64,000 nt of DNA, from the NCBI GenBank assembly GCA_037190905.1, contig JBBCKG010000019.1, forward strand, positions 16,330 through 80,329, given 5' to 3'. Below, in pieces: positions 36,277 to 46,567 of this stretch; position 1 is the stretch's first letter; each line of letters starts with the position of its first letter. A program made the position numbers and the translations under genes. This DNA comes from Agriterribacter sp. (GTDB lineage: Bacteria > Bacteroidota > Bacteroidia > Chitinophagales > Chitinophagaceae). Under the pieces are notes generated by a model. It searched no databases, was not told where the DNA came from, and saw only the letters and a program-made list of their open reading frames with translations.

Positions 36277-37341
36277 CTAACCTGGAAGCCAGGTGCTGAT
36301 GTTGTCGCCAAAATGGTTTCGGGAGCATGCAAGCTTACCGTTTTTGAGTTCGGGGGCTTTTACACCTGCTTCTGCGAGAAGCCCCGTGTTGGTGATGATA
36401 CGGGCTTCGTCCCATACATTTTCATCTATAAAATGCTGAAGAGTGGTACGTCCACCCTCCACCAGCAGGCTTTGAACATTCAGGTGATATAGTGCATGCA
36501 GCAACTGCTGTACGAGGCTTGTATCGCTGGTGACTTGGTAAAACTGAAGAGGATATTGGTCGAATGCCGGATTTCGGAGATCGTTTATGGTATGCTTGTG
36601 CCGGTTGAACACCAGTGTAGGGGCTGTGCCGTCAAAAAGCTGCAAGCTGCCCGGGAGCGCAAGTTCCATATCTATTACCAGCCTTAGCGGGTGTTTGCCC
36701 GGCCAATGCCTCGTGGTCAGAGAAGGGTTATCGGCAAGCGCCGTGTGCGTACCTACCAGTATCGCTGCTTCCTCGCTTCTCCACCGGTGTACCAGCCGGT
36801 TACTGAAGGCCTTGCTGATGTACAGCCTGTTTCCGTAGGTTCCGATTACACCGTTAGCCGTTTGTGCCCACTTTAATACCACATAGGGACGATGCGCAGT
36901 ATGAAATCTGAAAAACCGCTTATTCAATTCGCGGCACTCATTTTCTATCGAAGTCATCTCTACCTGTATGCCGGCTCTCCTCATTTTTTCAACGCCCTTT
37001 CCGTTCACAGCGTGAAACGGATCGCGACAGCCCACCACCACATGGGGTATCTGCTCCCGAACGATCAGGTCTGCGCAGGGAGGTGTTTTACCAAAATGCG
37101 CACAAGGCTCCAGGGATACATATAAAGTGCTTTGACGGATCAGGTGGCGATCTGCCTGCGCTACGGCTGCTATACACTCCACTTCGGCATGCGGCCCCCC
37201 ATATTTTCTGTGATACCCCTCGCCAATAACGCTTCCTTCGTGCACCAGCACAGCGCCCACCATAGGGTTCGGTGCTACCGATCCATTTCCCAGTTTTGCC
37301 AATTGCAAACATCGCCGCATATAGATGCTATCGGGTGTCAT
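36277..37341 (-). CDS. ribD: Bifunctional riboflavin biosynthesis deaminase/reductase
   Basis: Deaminase zinc site HAEVECI...PCAHFGKTPPCA followed by a reductase domain (RPYVVLKWAQTANG...LLVEGG). Confidence 0.9.
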   Translation of the reverse strand: MTPDSIYMRRCLQLAKLGNGSVAPNPMVGAVLVHEGSVIGEGYHRKYGGPHAEVECIAAVAQADRHLIRQSTLYVSLEPCAHFGKTPPCADLIVREQIPHVVVGCRDPFHAVNGKGVEKMRRAGIQVEMTSIENECRELNKRFFRFHTAHRPYVVLKWAQTANGVIGTYGNRLYISKAFSNRLVHRWRSEEAAILVGTHTALADNPSLTTRHWPGKHPLRLVIDMELALPGSLQLFDGTAPTLVFNRHKHTINDLRNPAFDQYPLQFYQVTSDTSLVQQLLHALYHLNVQSLLVEGGRTTLQHFIDENVWDEARIITNTGLLAEAGVKAPELKNGKLACSRNHFGDNISTWLPG

Positions 37342-37365
37342 ATCGCCTTACAAATCTAGTGGTAA

Positions 37366-37400
37366 AACTACAAAACCCCGCTGTGAGCGGGGCTTTGTTT
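37366..37400 (-). terminator. Hairpin terminator between secDF and ribD
   Basis: CCCCGC (37376-37381), loop TGTGA, GCGGGG (37387-37392). On the minus strand the hairpin is followed by TTTTGTAGTTTT. Confidence 0.6.
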
Positions 37401-37424
37401 ATGCATTATCTGAATGATTCATTA

Positions 37425-40400
37425 TCAGGAATGAGCCGGAGCAGGTTTCGACGTTGCTTTTGCTTTGTCTTCCTGCGAAAGCTTTCTCAGTGGTTTGTTC
37501 TTAGCAAAGTCGACCAGTATGGGCGCTGCCACAAATATAGACGAATAGGTACCGGTAATAACGCCCACCAGCATAGCAAACGAGAAACCGCGGGTCACTT
37601 CTCCGCCTACTATAAACAGTACCAGCACCACAATGAATACCGTTACCGAGGTCATAATGGTACGGCTCAGGGTATCGTTGATAGCCGCATTGATAATGGT
37701 GGTTTTGCTTTGACCATGCATCGTTTTACTGTACTCCCGGATTCTGTCGAACACAATTACGGTATCGTTCATCGAAAACCCTACCACCGTCAGTATAGCA
37801 GCAATAAAATGCTGGTCTATCTCAAGCGGGAAGGGCATTACTCCCCTCAGGAACGAGAATACCGCCAATGTTACCAACACGTCGTGCACCAGCGACAGTA
37901 TCGTACCGAACGAGAAGCGCCAGTCGCGGAAACGCAGGAAGATATACAGGAATATCATTACAATAGCTACTACGGTAGCCGTTACGGCCCCACGTTTCAG
38001 ATCGGCTGATATACTGGGCTGCACACTCTGAGAACTTTGCAGGTAATTCTTCTTGAAAGTAAACATGTCTGTTCCTTCTGCCAGGAAAGGCTGCAACCCG
38101 GCCAAAAGAGTGGCTTCTACCAATGAATCGGCCGTGCGGGACGGATTCTCTTTTTCGAAAGATGTGGTAATGTTGAGTGTACGGTTATTGCCTACTGTTT
38201 TCACCACAGGATATTCGCCGAATGCCTTCTGCAATTCGTTCCTGATTTCATCGTTTTTCTGCGGCCCGTCGAACAACACGGTATAGCTTCTTCCTCCTTT
38301 GTACTCTACTCCTTCGTCGAACCCGTTAAAGAAAGCACCGATTCCGAGCAACATCACCACAGAGGAAATGATATAGGCAGTTTTTCTGGATTCTACGAAT
38401 TTGAAATGTGCCTTTTTAAAGATGGTTTTAGACAGCTTGGTAAAATATTCAAAATGACGTCCCTTTTTGTTGGTCCACCATTCAGATATCAGCCGCGCAA
38501 TCAGGATACCACAAAACATATTGAGTATAACGGCAATGATCTGCGTGGTAGCGAAGCCCTTAATGGGGCCCATACCGAAAATATAGAGAATCACGGCGGT
38601 GATCAGGGTAGTAATATGCGCATCCAGTACCGGCGGCAGCGATCGTTTATAACCGTGATCTACCGCTACAGAATAGCTTCGTCCCCAACTGATCTCTTCT
38701 TTGATGCGTTCAAAAATAATCACATTGGTGTCTACCGCCATACCGATGGCCAATACCAGGGCTGCGATACTGGCGGAAGTAAGGGTGGCCCCCAGCCCGC
38801 TGAGCACGGCGATGGTGAAAAAGATATTGAGGAAAAGGGTGATATTAGCCACCCAGCCACTGGTGTTGTAATAAATCAACATCAGCGCGAAGATGAGTGC
38901 AAAAGAAAGTGCAAATGCCAAGAATCCACCTTTCACCGCTTCAGCCCCCAGGGTAGGCCCTACCAGTTGTTCCTGCACGATACGCGCAGGCGCTGCCAGT
39001 TTACCAGACTGTAATATATTGGCCAGGTCGGATGCTTCCTGATCGGTGAAGCTGCCGGATATCTGTGAATTACCGTCAAGGATGGGATTGATTACATTCG
39101 GCGCAGAATATATTACATTATCCAGCGCTATGGCGATAGGCTTGCCCACATTGGCAGAGGTGAGATCGCCCCATTTTTTGGCACCCAGTTTGGTCATTTT
39201 AAGGGATACTGCCGGGCGCCCTCTCTCGTCGTAAGAAAGGCTGGACTCTTCCACATCGTCTCCTTCCAGCGGCGGATTGGCGCCGTCGCGCATTTTAACG
39301 CCATATAAAGCCACTATTCCGGCTCCCTCCGGCGGCACGCCATACAGGAACTTTACATCGGAAGGAAACACGTCTTTTACCAGATCGAGGTTGTCGTTCA
39401 GTAACGCAGTGTCTTTTAACTGTACATAAGCCAGCGCCGACTCGCCCTGCTGGGCCTGCATCAACAGCCCCAAAATCGTATTAGAACGTGCGGGCTGGTT
39501 TACATCGGCTGTTGCAGTATTGGAATCGCCGGTTGCAGGCAGGTTATCAAGCGAAAGGGTTTGGGTGCTGTCTATCTCCGGATTGGCAACAGGAGCTGCC
39601 GCCGCCGGTGTTGCGTCTGTAGTTTGTTCCTCGCCGGATTTCAGGTTCTGGATGGTTTGCTCAGCCTGGGTAAGGCTCTGGCTCAGGTCGTTGATACGAT
39701 ACACTTCCCAGAATTGCAGGTTGGCAGTAGCCTGAAGTATTTTACGCACTCTTTCGGGATCGTCTTTCACACCGGCCAGTTCCACCGTGATGATCCCTTT
39801 GCGGGGATCCGGATTGATATTAGGCTGTGCCACACCAAACTGATCAATACGTTTGGTGAGTACACGGTTTGTATTTTCGAAGGCATCGCCTGCCATTTTA
39901 CGCAACTTGGTAATTACCTGGTCGTCGGTATCTTCCAGCTTTATATTGCGCTGTCCGGCATTGGCAAACAATCCTGCCAGTCTGGCCGAAGGGTTTACTT
40001 CTTTGTATGCCTGTGAAAACAACCCGATATAGTCCGCATCAGTAGTACCACGCCGTTGGGTAGCGAGTGAAAGCGCCTGGTTAAGCGCTGGATCTTTCGG
40101 ACTGTTGGATATAGACCGCAACAGGTCTTCCAACTCTACTTCCAGCGTAACGCTCATACCACCCTGCAGGTCAAGTCCCAGACTCAGTTCCTGTTCCTTT
40201 GCTTTTTTATAGCTAACCGCACCGGTAACGCCATAGGTTATCACGTCGTTTTGCGTACTGTCGAGCAAACGATGTAACCTTGCATTAAAAGCCGAATCTT
40301 TTTCCTGTACAGAGGCATTGCCGTAATGGCTGTCTACCCATTTTTGAGCAATGGCTTCCATTTTATTTTCATGGCTTCTTACCCTCCATGTGAAATGGAG

Positions 40401-40463
40401 TTGGTATACAGAAATCACCATTAAAACAATCGCAAAAAAAGTAACCAGACCTTTCAGTTGCAT
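37425..40463 (-). CDS. secDF: Fused protein-export membrane protein SecD/SecF
   Basis: 1012 aa. The SecD periplasmic and TM half is followed by a SecF half, with two RND-like 6-TM bundles. This fused form is typical of Bacteroidota. Confidence 0.9.
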   Translation of the reverse strand: MQLKGLVTFFAIVLMVISVYQLHFTWRVRSHENKMEAIAQKWVDSHYGNASVQEKDSAFNARLHRLLDSTQNDVITYGVTGAVSYKKAKEQELSLGLDLQGGMSVTLEVELEDLLRSISNSPKDPALNQALSLATQRRGTTDADYIGLFSQAYKEVNPSARLAGLFANAGQRNIKLEDTDDQVITKLRKMAGDAFENTNRVLTKRIDQFGVAQPNINPDPRKGIITVELAGVKDDPERVRKILQATANLQFWEVYRINDLSQSLTQAEQTIQNLKSGEEQTTDATPAAAAPVANPEIDSTQTLSLDNLPATGDSNTATADVNQPARSNTILGLLMQAQQGESALAYVQLKDTALLNDNLDLVKDVFPSDVKFLYGVPPEGAGIVALYGVKMRDGANPPLEGDDVEESSLSYDERGRPAVSLKMTKLGAKKWGDLTSANVGKPIAIALDNVIYSAPNVINPILDGNSQISGSFTDQEASDLANILQSGKLAAPARIVQEQLVGPTLGAEAVKGGFLAFALSFALIFALMLIYYNTSGWVANITLFLNIFFTIAVLSGLGATLTSASIAALVLAIGMAVDTNVIIFERIKEEISWGRSYSVAVDHGYKRSLPPVLDAHITTLITAVILYIFGMGPIKGFATTQIIAVILNMFCGILIARLISEWWTNKKGRHFEYFTKLSKTIFKKAHFKFVESRKTAYIISSVVMLLGIGAFFNGFDEGVEYKGGRSYTVLFDGPQKNDEIRNELQKAFGEYPVVKTVGNNRTLNITTSFEKENPSRTADSLVEATLLAGLQPFLAEGTDMFTFKKNYLQSSQSVQPSISADLKRGAVTATVVAIVMIFLYIFLRFRDWRFSFGTILSLVHDVLVTLAVFSFLRGVMPFPLEIDQHFIAAILTVVGFSMNDTVIVFDRIREYSKTMHGQSKTTIINAAINDTLSRTIMTSVTVFIVVLVLFIVGGEVTRGFSFAMLVGVITGTYSSIFVAAPILVDFAKNKPLRKLSQEDKAKATSKPAPAHS

Positions 40464-40714
40464 ACAAATAATACTTTACTAATATTAAAATTGGGGTGCA
40501 AAGATAGGGTTTCCCCTGAATTTATGACAGAAAAACAGCGGGATGGGGAGTTTTTGTGAAGAGCTCTTCTCCACTGCCTTTCAGCCTGTGTCATCGAAGC
40601 AGCAAGGCCGGCTTTGACAGCGTTTCAGGAGACAATATGACGGTCGCGCCCCGTTGCGATAACCTTTAATAAGCGTATCTTGTTACCTGATCACAATACT
40701 ATCAATTACAATAT

Positions 40715-41704
40715 ATGAAAAAAACAGTTGCTGCGGGTCTGCTGTGTACCGCACTATTTCTATTGTCCTGTACATCTTCGAACGATGCACCGAGAGCGGG
40801 CAATCCTGTATTTCCGGGCTGGTATGCCGACCCTGAAGCTATTATTTACGACGGGGAATACTGGATTTACCCCACCTATTCGGCTCCTTATGAACAACAG
40901 GTGTTCCTGGATGCTTTTTCATCGCCGGATCTTGTAAACTGGAAAAAACACGAACGAATTGTTGATACCGCGGCTGTAAAATGGGTACATAAGGCTTTGT
41001 GGGCACCATCCGTCATACGCCACCAGGGTAAGTATTTTCTGTTTTTCGGCGGAAACGATATCCAGGGAGATGAAGAGTACGGAGGCATAGGCGTAGCAGT
41101 GGCAGATCATCCCTCGGGCCCCTTCCGGGATCATCTCGGCAAGCCGCTGGTAGACAAGTTTTACAACGGTGCCCAACCCATAGATCAATTCGTATTCCGC
41201 GACAGCGACGGCAAACATTACCTGATATACGGAGGATGGAAGCATTGCAATATTGCACAACTGAATGATGACTTTACCGGGTTCGTTCCGTTCGAAGATG
41301 GTACTGTTTTCAGGGAGATTACCCCGGAGAACTATGTGGAAGGACCGGTTATGTTTATCAGGAATAACAAATATTACTTTATGTGGTCTGAAGGCGGGTG
41401 GACCGGACCAGACTACAGTGTAGCGTACGCGGTGGCTGATTCTCCTTTCGGTCCATTCGAAAGAGCGGATAAGATTTTACAGCAGAACCCGTCTATCGCC
41501 ACCGGCGCCGGACATCATTCCGTTATACAGATACCTGGTACAGATGAATGGTATATCGTATACCATCGGCGTCCCCTGACAGAAACAGACCGCAACTCCC
41601 GTGAAACCTGCATCGACAAAATGGAATTCGACGAAAACGGCCGCATCAAACCCGTAGTGATTACCACCGAAGGAGTTGAAAGAAGATTGCTGACAGGCAA
41701 TTAA
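40715..41704 (+). CDS. Glycoside hydrolase family 43 (beta-xylosidase/alpha-L-arabinofuranosidase-like), lipoprotein
   Basis: 329 aa. Lipobox LLSC. NPVFPGWYADPEAIIYDGEYWIYPT (catalytic Asp block), LWAPSVI and EGPVMF blocks of the five-bladed GH43 propeller. Confidence 0.8.
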   Translation: MKKTVAAGLLCTALFLLSCTSSNDAPRAGNPVFPGWYADPEAIIYDGEYWIYPTYSAPYEQQVFLDAFSSPDLVNWKKHERIVDTAAVKWVHKALWAPSVIRHQGKYFLFFGGNDIQGDEEYGGIGVAVADHPSGPFRDHLGKPLVDKFYNGAQPIDQFVFRDSDGKHYLIYGGWKHCNIAQLNDDFTGFVPFEDGTVFREITPENYVEGPVMFIRNNKYYFMWSEGGWTGPDYSVAYAVADSPFGPFERADKILQQNPSIATGAGHHSVIQIPGTDEWYIVYHRRPLTETDRNSRETCIDKMEFDENGRIKPVVITTEGVERRLLTGN

Positions 41705-41726
41705 GTATCGTGCCGTCGGCAACCGG

Positions 41727-43736
41727 TTACTGGCGCAGCCTGATCCAACGGTTATTGTTGGGTCCTATCTTTTTAACGGGAATGGGTTGCAGCCCGTATT
41801 GCCGCAACCGGCTGGTTGTGTAATAATATGCAATCGGTTTTTCCCCGGTTAGCGACGTATTATTACGCAATAGCTGCCTGTCATTTGCCTGAATATAATC
41901 CGTTCCGCATCCTACGATCAGGTTATTACTGATGGTATTGATACCGATACCTTCCTGTAAACTGCTGATAGCAGGATAGCGGTCGGTAAAAACAGCAGAG
42001 CGGATATCCACATCTTCATAGAGTATTTTCTGCATTCGGGGCGACTCCAATTCTTTCAACCATCGCTCGTCCGTCCAGTTAGAAAAACTAACAGCCGCAT
42101 GACAATGGTAAAACACGTTATTGTCTATAATATTTTCCTTTCCGGCATGTATCTGCACCGCTCCAAACTTCAGTACGCCGCACCGTTCGAAAATATTTCC
42201 GTAGATGAGTGTACCGCATATCATATCGTCGAGTCGTATGCCTGCTGCACCATGCCGGGTACCGCCCGAAATATCCGACCAGTAGTTGTAACGGAAAACA
42301 TTGCCCCGATAGGTTGGATTGTACCACATATCTATACCTCCCTGATCGTCTGACTCATTTACCACAAAACTCACTTCGTTGTACTCCACCATGATGTCGT
42401 TTCCATCCAGCCGCATGGCCGAGGAGGAAGAGTGACGGAAACGGTTATGCGCAATGCGAATACCACAGCCATCGAAATGAATGGCAGGCTCATAGGTTCT
42501 TTTGAATAATGAGAAGTATTCTACAATATTGTGTTCAACCGCATGTCCCGATGGGGCGAGTGTTTTTCGATCTCCTCCCGATACCTTCATGCCTCCGTGC
42601 CCCAGCGTAGAGAGGTAATTCCCGGCAATGTAGTGGTTGCTGCCGCCCTCCACATGCAGGCCGTCGCGCCCCATGCGTTCTATACGGCAGTCCCTGATGA
42701 CGCTGTTGCTACCACCTTTCAGGCGTATGCCGCTACCGCGGCTTTCCTGTAGGCTCCATCCTTCTATATGCAGCCATGAAACGCCGGTTGCCTCTACCAT
42801 AAAATCGCTGCTGAATAACGACAACACCACCTCCGCCTGCAGCGGATCTACACCGGTGGGGGGATACCAGTATATCCATCCGCGTTGCCTGTCCAGATAC
42901 CATTCACCCGGCTCATCGATTTCACTTAGCACATTTAATGCAAAATACCGGAAGCCGTCTTTATATCCGTGATGATGGTAAGGCTGGTTCACTGCCATCA
43001 CCCGGTTTGCGGTATCCATATACTCCAGTTTCTGAAACCCTTCCAGCCAGTCCCAATACCAGTACCCGCTGAGGCGTACATCCTGCTCCATCGCCCATTT
43101 GTTTTTGGAAGCATCTGTATATTCAAAAATACCTTCCTGGGTAGCATTTACCTTAATGTAAGTGGGTGGCATAGGCGTTGCTCCTTTTGCCTGCCCGGCA
43201 TTGGCAAAGCCCTGGTTGGGCCATCGCGCCAGCGTTTGTACCTGCCGGTTACAAAACAATTCCGGTCGCTTTCCCGGTACTGCTGGATCGCCAAAATCCT
43301 CTATGCCCTGCGCACGCAGATCTGCCACATACACCTTGTTCCAGGCTACAGCGGGCAAACGGTTGATCACAGATGTGTCCTGCAGCAATTGCCAGCCTGT
43401 TATGGCCCGGCTTCCTGAAAATACGGGCGCTTTTTTTCCGCGCGAACGATAGCTTACCGGTGCGCCGCGGCTACCTCCGTCTTCTTCGGTAAATTGAATA
43501 GGGTTCTCCAGTGTATAATGCCCGGAACCTATCCATACGGTAACCGGCGTAGTGGGGTTATCTTTTTTAAATGCCCTAACTGCTTTTTGAGCGCCTGTTA
43601 CGGAAGCAAACGGAGCCGATCGGGTACCCGGATGGGCATCGCTGCCATCAACGGCTACATAGTAATTTTTATGCTGGGCCCCAGCCAGTGATGAAAACAG
43701 CAGGCTGAAAACAAAAAGCAGGTAACGCAGTTGCAT
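41727..43736 (-). CDS. Secreted right-handed parallel beta-helix repeat protein (pectate-lyase fold)
   Basis: Signal peptide MQLRYLLFVFSLLFSSLAGAQ from ATG 43736. Contains repeated short beta-helix rungs (GIRLKGGSNSVIRDCRI, GLHVEGGSNHYIAGNYL, NNLIVGCG). Confidence 0.6.
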   Translation of the reverse strand: MQLRYLLFVFSLLFSSLAGAQHKNYYVAVDGSDAHPGTRSAPFASVTGAQKAVRAFKKDNPTTPVTVWIGSGHYTLENPIQFTEEDGGSRGAPVSYRSRGKKAPVFSGSRAITGWQLLQDTSVINRLPAVAWNKVYVADLRAQGIEDFGDPAVPGKRPELFCNRQVQTLARWPNQGFANAGQAKGATPMPPTYIKVNATQEGIFEYTDASKNKWAMEQDVRLSGYWYWDWLEGFQKLEYMDTANRVMAVNQPYHHHGYKDGFRYFALNVLSEIDEPGEWYLDRQRGWIYWYPPTGVDPLQAEVVLSLFSSDFMVEATGVSWLHIEGWSLQESRGSGIRLKGGSNSVIRDCRIERMGRDGLHVEGGSNHYIAGNYLSTLGHGGMKVSGGDRKTLAPSGHAVEHNIVEYFSLFKRTYEPAIHFDGCGIRIAHNRFRHSSSSAMRLDGNDIMVEYNEVSFVVNESDDQGGIDMWYNPTYRGNVFRYNYWSDISGGTRHGAAGIRLDDMICGTLIYGNIFERCGVLKFGAVQIHAGKENIIDNNVFYHCHAAVSFSNWTDERWLKELESPRMQKILYEDVDIRSAVFTDRYPAISSLQEGIGINTISNNLIVGCGTDYIQANDRQLLRNNTSLTGEKPIAYYYTTSRLRQYGLQPIPVKKIGPNNNRWIRLRQ

Positions 43737-43818
43737 ACTTATTAAAATAAACTGTAAAAATGATAATATTTTCCCCTTCCCGCAGAAGAATCTTTGAATC
43801 AGGCAATATAACAACAGG

Positions 43819-45111
43819 TTATACCTCCTGCAACCTGAACTTCAGTTGCCTGATATCGTCAGAAGCCGGAGCTTCAAACACTTCAAGTCCAAAATACTTG
43901 ATGGCCGACAGGAGGTGATCGAATATATCAGCCATTACATTCTCGTATATGGCCCAGCGGGTATCGCCCACAAACATATATAATTCTATAGGCAAACCAT
44001 GTTCGGTAGGTTGCAACTGCCTTACCAGCAGGGTCATATCCTTTCGTATAGCCGGATGGTTTTGCGCCATCCGGTTAATATACTGCCGGAACAGCCCCAC
44101 ATTGGTCATATTTCGTCCGTTTACGGGCATGGTTCTGTCTGCCTGTGTTTGCTCGTTGTATTGTGTTATTTCCTGCCGGCGTTCTGTAATGTACGGTGCG
44201 AGTATTTGTATGGTACTGAGCTTGTCAATTTCAGTATCCTCCAGAAAACGGATGGATGATATTTTCACGTAGATGGAACGTTTGATCCGTCTGCCGCCGG
44301 AGGTATGCATACCCCTCCAGTTTTTGAAGGAGTCGGTAATCAGGTAGTAAGTAGGAATGGTAGTAATGGTTTTGTCCCAATTCTGCACTTTCACTGTATT
44401 CAGGTTGATTTCCACCACATCGCCATCTGCTCCGTATTTAGGCATTTCTATCCAATCGCCTACCCGCACCATATCGTTGGTAGACACCTGTATACTGGCA
44501 ACAAAACCCAATATCGTGTCTTTGAATACCAGCATTAATATGGCAGACAGCGCCCCGAAAGCGCCGATGAAGGCCCATGGCGATTTGCCCGACAACAAAG
44601 AAAAAATCAAAATTCCACCTATAAAGAACAGGAAAATATTAGCCACCTGCAGGTAACTGTCCAGCGGTTTATCTTCGAATCCTTTTCTCAACCGCATGGC
44701 ATCGCGCACCGACCTGAATACACCACGGATAATAAACACCCAGCCTATTACCAACAGTACATCTACTACTTTCTGTACAGGATCCATCCAGCCCGGAAAA
44801 CCGGAAAAGACTACCGGAATAAAATTGATAAAGAAAATAAGCGGAACAATCCTTGATATATACAGCAACACTTTGTTGTGCACCAGAAAATCGTCGAACT
44901 TATTGGCAGATTTTGCGGCAACCCCGGCCAGGAGTTTCATCAATACCTTCCGTACAACAAAAGCGACCAGTCCAAGCAATGCAGCCACCAAAGCCAGCAG
45001 TACCAGCATGGTAAAGAAATTGGCCTGCGATTCTGGTACGCCCAGATCAATCAGTTGCCGTAAGGTCCATTCGTAAATCAAACTTGTATTCGCCAGTATT
45101 TTTTCATCCAT
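43819..45111 (-). CDS. Mechanosensitive ion channel family protein (MscS-like)
   Basis: 430 aa. N-terminal TM helices, then the MscS beta-domain block VRVGDWIEMPKYGADGDVVEINLNTVKVQNWDKTITTIPT. Confidence 0.75.
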   Translation of the reverse strand: MDEKILANTSLIYEWTLRQLIDLGVPESQANFFTMLVLLALVAALLGLVAFVVRKVLMKLLAGVAAKSANKFDDFLVHNKVLLYISRIVPLIFFINFIPVVFSGFPGWMDPVQKVVDVLLVIGWVFIIRGVFRSVRDAMRLRKGFEDKPLDSYLQVANIFLFFIGGILIFSLLSGKSPWAFIGAFGALSAILMLVFKDTILGFVASIQVSTNDMVRVGDWIEMPKYGADGDVVEINLNTVKVQNWDKTITTIPTYYLITDSFKNWRGMHTSGGRRIKRSIYVKISSIRFLEDTEIDKLSTIQILAPYITERRQEITQYNEQTQADRTMPVNGRNMTNVGLFRQYINRMAQNHPAIRKDMTLLVRQLQPTEHGLPIELYMFVGDTRWAIYENVMADIFDHLLSAIKYFGLEVFEAPASDDIRQLKFRLQEV

Positions 45112-45292
45112 AATATGAAAACCTCTTAGCGACGCTCAGAAACGCCTGTGAAAAAGAGCGAAGCTAAGATTTTATTATGGTACGGGGGTGAAGCAGCTCA
45201 TCTCCCTTCATAACATACATACCGGGCCAGGGCAGCCTTAGTTAATTCAGTACACTTCGTGTATACGGAACTGCTGGTTTATGGGGCCTTTA

Positions 45293-46558
45293 TTACCTGC
45301 CTAACAGCTCTTCCACTATACGCCGGTATGTTGCTTTCTGTTTGTTGTACTCCTCTTCTCCCGCTCCCGGTCCGATAAAGCCACTATGAATAGCGCTGAT
45401 GGAGCCGTCGCGGCCTATGAAAATAGTGGTCGGGAAAGCAGGTATTCTCGTGAGCTGCGGCAGGGTTTTTTCGGTGCGCAACGTATCGCCCACGGCTACC
45501 GGCGCTATCAGTACGGGATAATTGATCTTAAGCCGCCTGATAAAATTTTTAACGGCTGCCTGCGATTTTGCAAAGTCTTCCGTACGCTCATAAGCGAGCC
45601 CTATTATTTCGAGTCCCTGCGCGCTGTATTGCGCATACATTTCGGTAAACAAAGGCACTTCGTCCAGGCAATTGGGACACCAGCTACCCAGTATCTGGAG
45701 GATAACGACCTTGTTCTTGTAACGCTCATCTTGAATAGAAACAGGGTTTCCGTCGGCATCTTTAAAGGTAAAATCGAATCGCGGCGCTACTCCTTCTTTC
45801 ACATGAGCGGCAGCAGCGCCTTCGGGCAAAGCTGCTCCGGCGTCTTTCACTGCCTGCCATACCTGGGTAGCGGGGCCCGACCCGGTATAGAACGCACCAT
45901 TTTTAATCGTACCGTCCCTGCCTATCCTCGCCCGGAACAGTTGCGCGTATCCGCCATCGAAGCCCGACAGCTTCAGCGAGTCTCCATCCACCACGCCCTC
46001 AAGGTAACGATAATCTCCGTACGGCGTTAAAAAAGTGCCGGTGAGTTTACTGCCATCCTGCCGGAATATGCCCACTGCCGGTGTAGAACGGCCGCTGATG
46101 GTATCCTTAAAAGTAACCGCCCATCTTCCGGAGGCATCAGCCGGCTTTTTTTTATTGCGTATCTTAAACCGATACGCCTGGTGGTTGGTAGCTGTAAAAG
46201 GTATGACCACCTCGCGGTCGGCCAGGGTTTTGATCCAATGCCCGCTCACCCGGTCGGCACCGTGCAGGCGAAGACTGAACCGGGAATCGAAGAACGGCAG
46301 TTTTACAAACAGGGAATCGCCTGTTTGCATAATATCGTCGGCAGCGAGCCTGTCGCCTGCATTCAGGAGTACCAGGTGCGTAGCGCTATTTTCTTCTGTC
46401 ACTTCAAAGTTGATGACAATAGCGTTGCCATCAATGCGGAGTAGTTCGCCCCGCCATATTCCTTTACCCAAACCCACCACCTGTGCCTGTACGCAGCCAG
46501 CTACCGCTATTAGCCCGGAAAGTAAAAGCCCCATCCGTTTCATGATTGTATTTTTCAC
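45293..46558 (-). CDS. TlpA-family thiol:disulfide oxidoreductase with a long N-terminal extension
   Basis: 421 aa. Signal peptide, about 260 aa of unassigned domain, then a thioredoxin fold with the active site GSWCPNC. Confidence 0.75.
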   Translation of the reverse strand: MKNTIMKRMGLLLSGLIAVAGCVQAQVVGLGKGIWRGELLRIDGNAIVINFEVTEENSATHLVLLNAGDRLAADDIMQTGDSLFVKLPFFDSRFSLRLHGADRVSGHWIKTLADREVVIPFTATNHQAYRFKIRNKKKPADASGRWAVTFKDTISGRSTPAVGIFRQDGSKLTGTFLTPYGDYRYLEGVVDGDSLKLSGFDGGYAQLFRARIGRDGTIKNGAFYTGSGPATQVWQAVKDAGAALPEGAAAAHVKEGVAPRFDFTFKDADGNPVSIQDERYKNKVVILQILGSWCPNCLDEVPLFTEMYAQYSAQGLEIIGLAYERTEDFAKSQAAVKNFIRRLKINYPVLIAPVAVGDTLRTEKTLPQLTRIPAFPTTIFIGRDGSISAIHSGFIGPGAGEEEYNKQKATYRRIVEELLGR

Positions 46559-46567
46559 AAAGATAGT

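Noticed and set aside
37342-37424. An FMN (RFN) riboswitch might be expected upstream of ribD.
   Set aside because: Only 83 bp separate ribD from secDF, and this space is occupied by a simple GC hairpin terminator. None of the conserved RFN segments are present.
46141-46160. A8/T8 homopolymer tracts inside coding regions (e.g. near 46150, 48645, 48875, 46925 and 21180) could be slipped-strand phase-variation switches.
   Set aside because: They correspond to Lys (AAA) or Phe (TTT) codon runs in housekeeping-type genes. They are short, and there is no evidence of frameshifted alleles in the sequence given.
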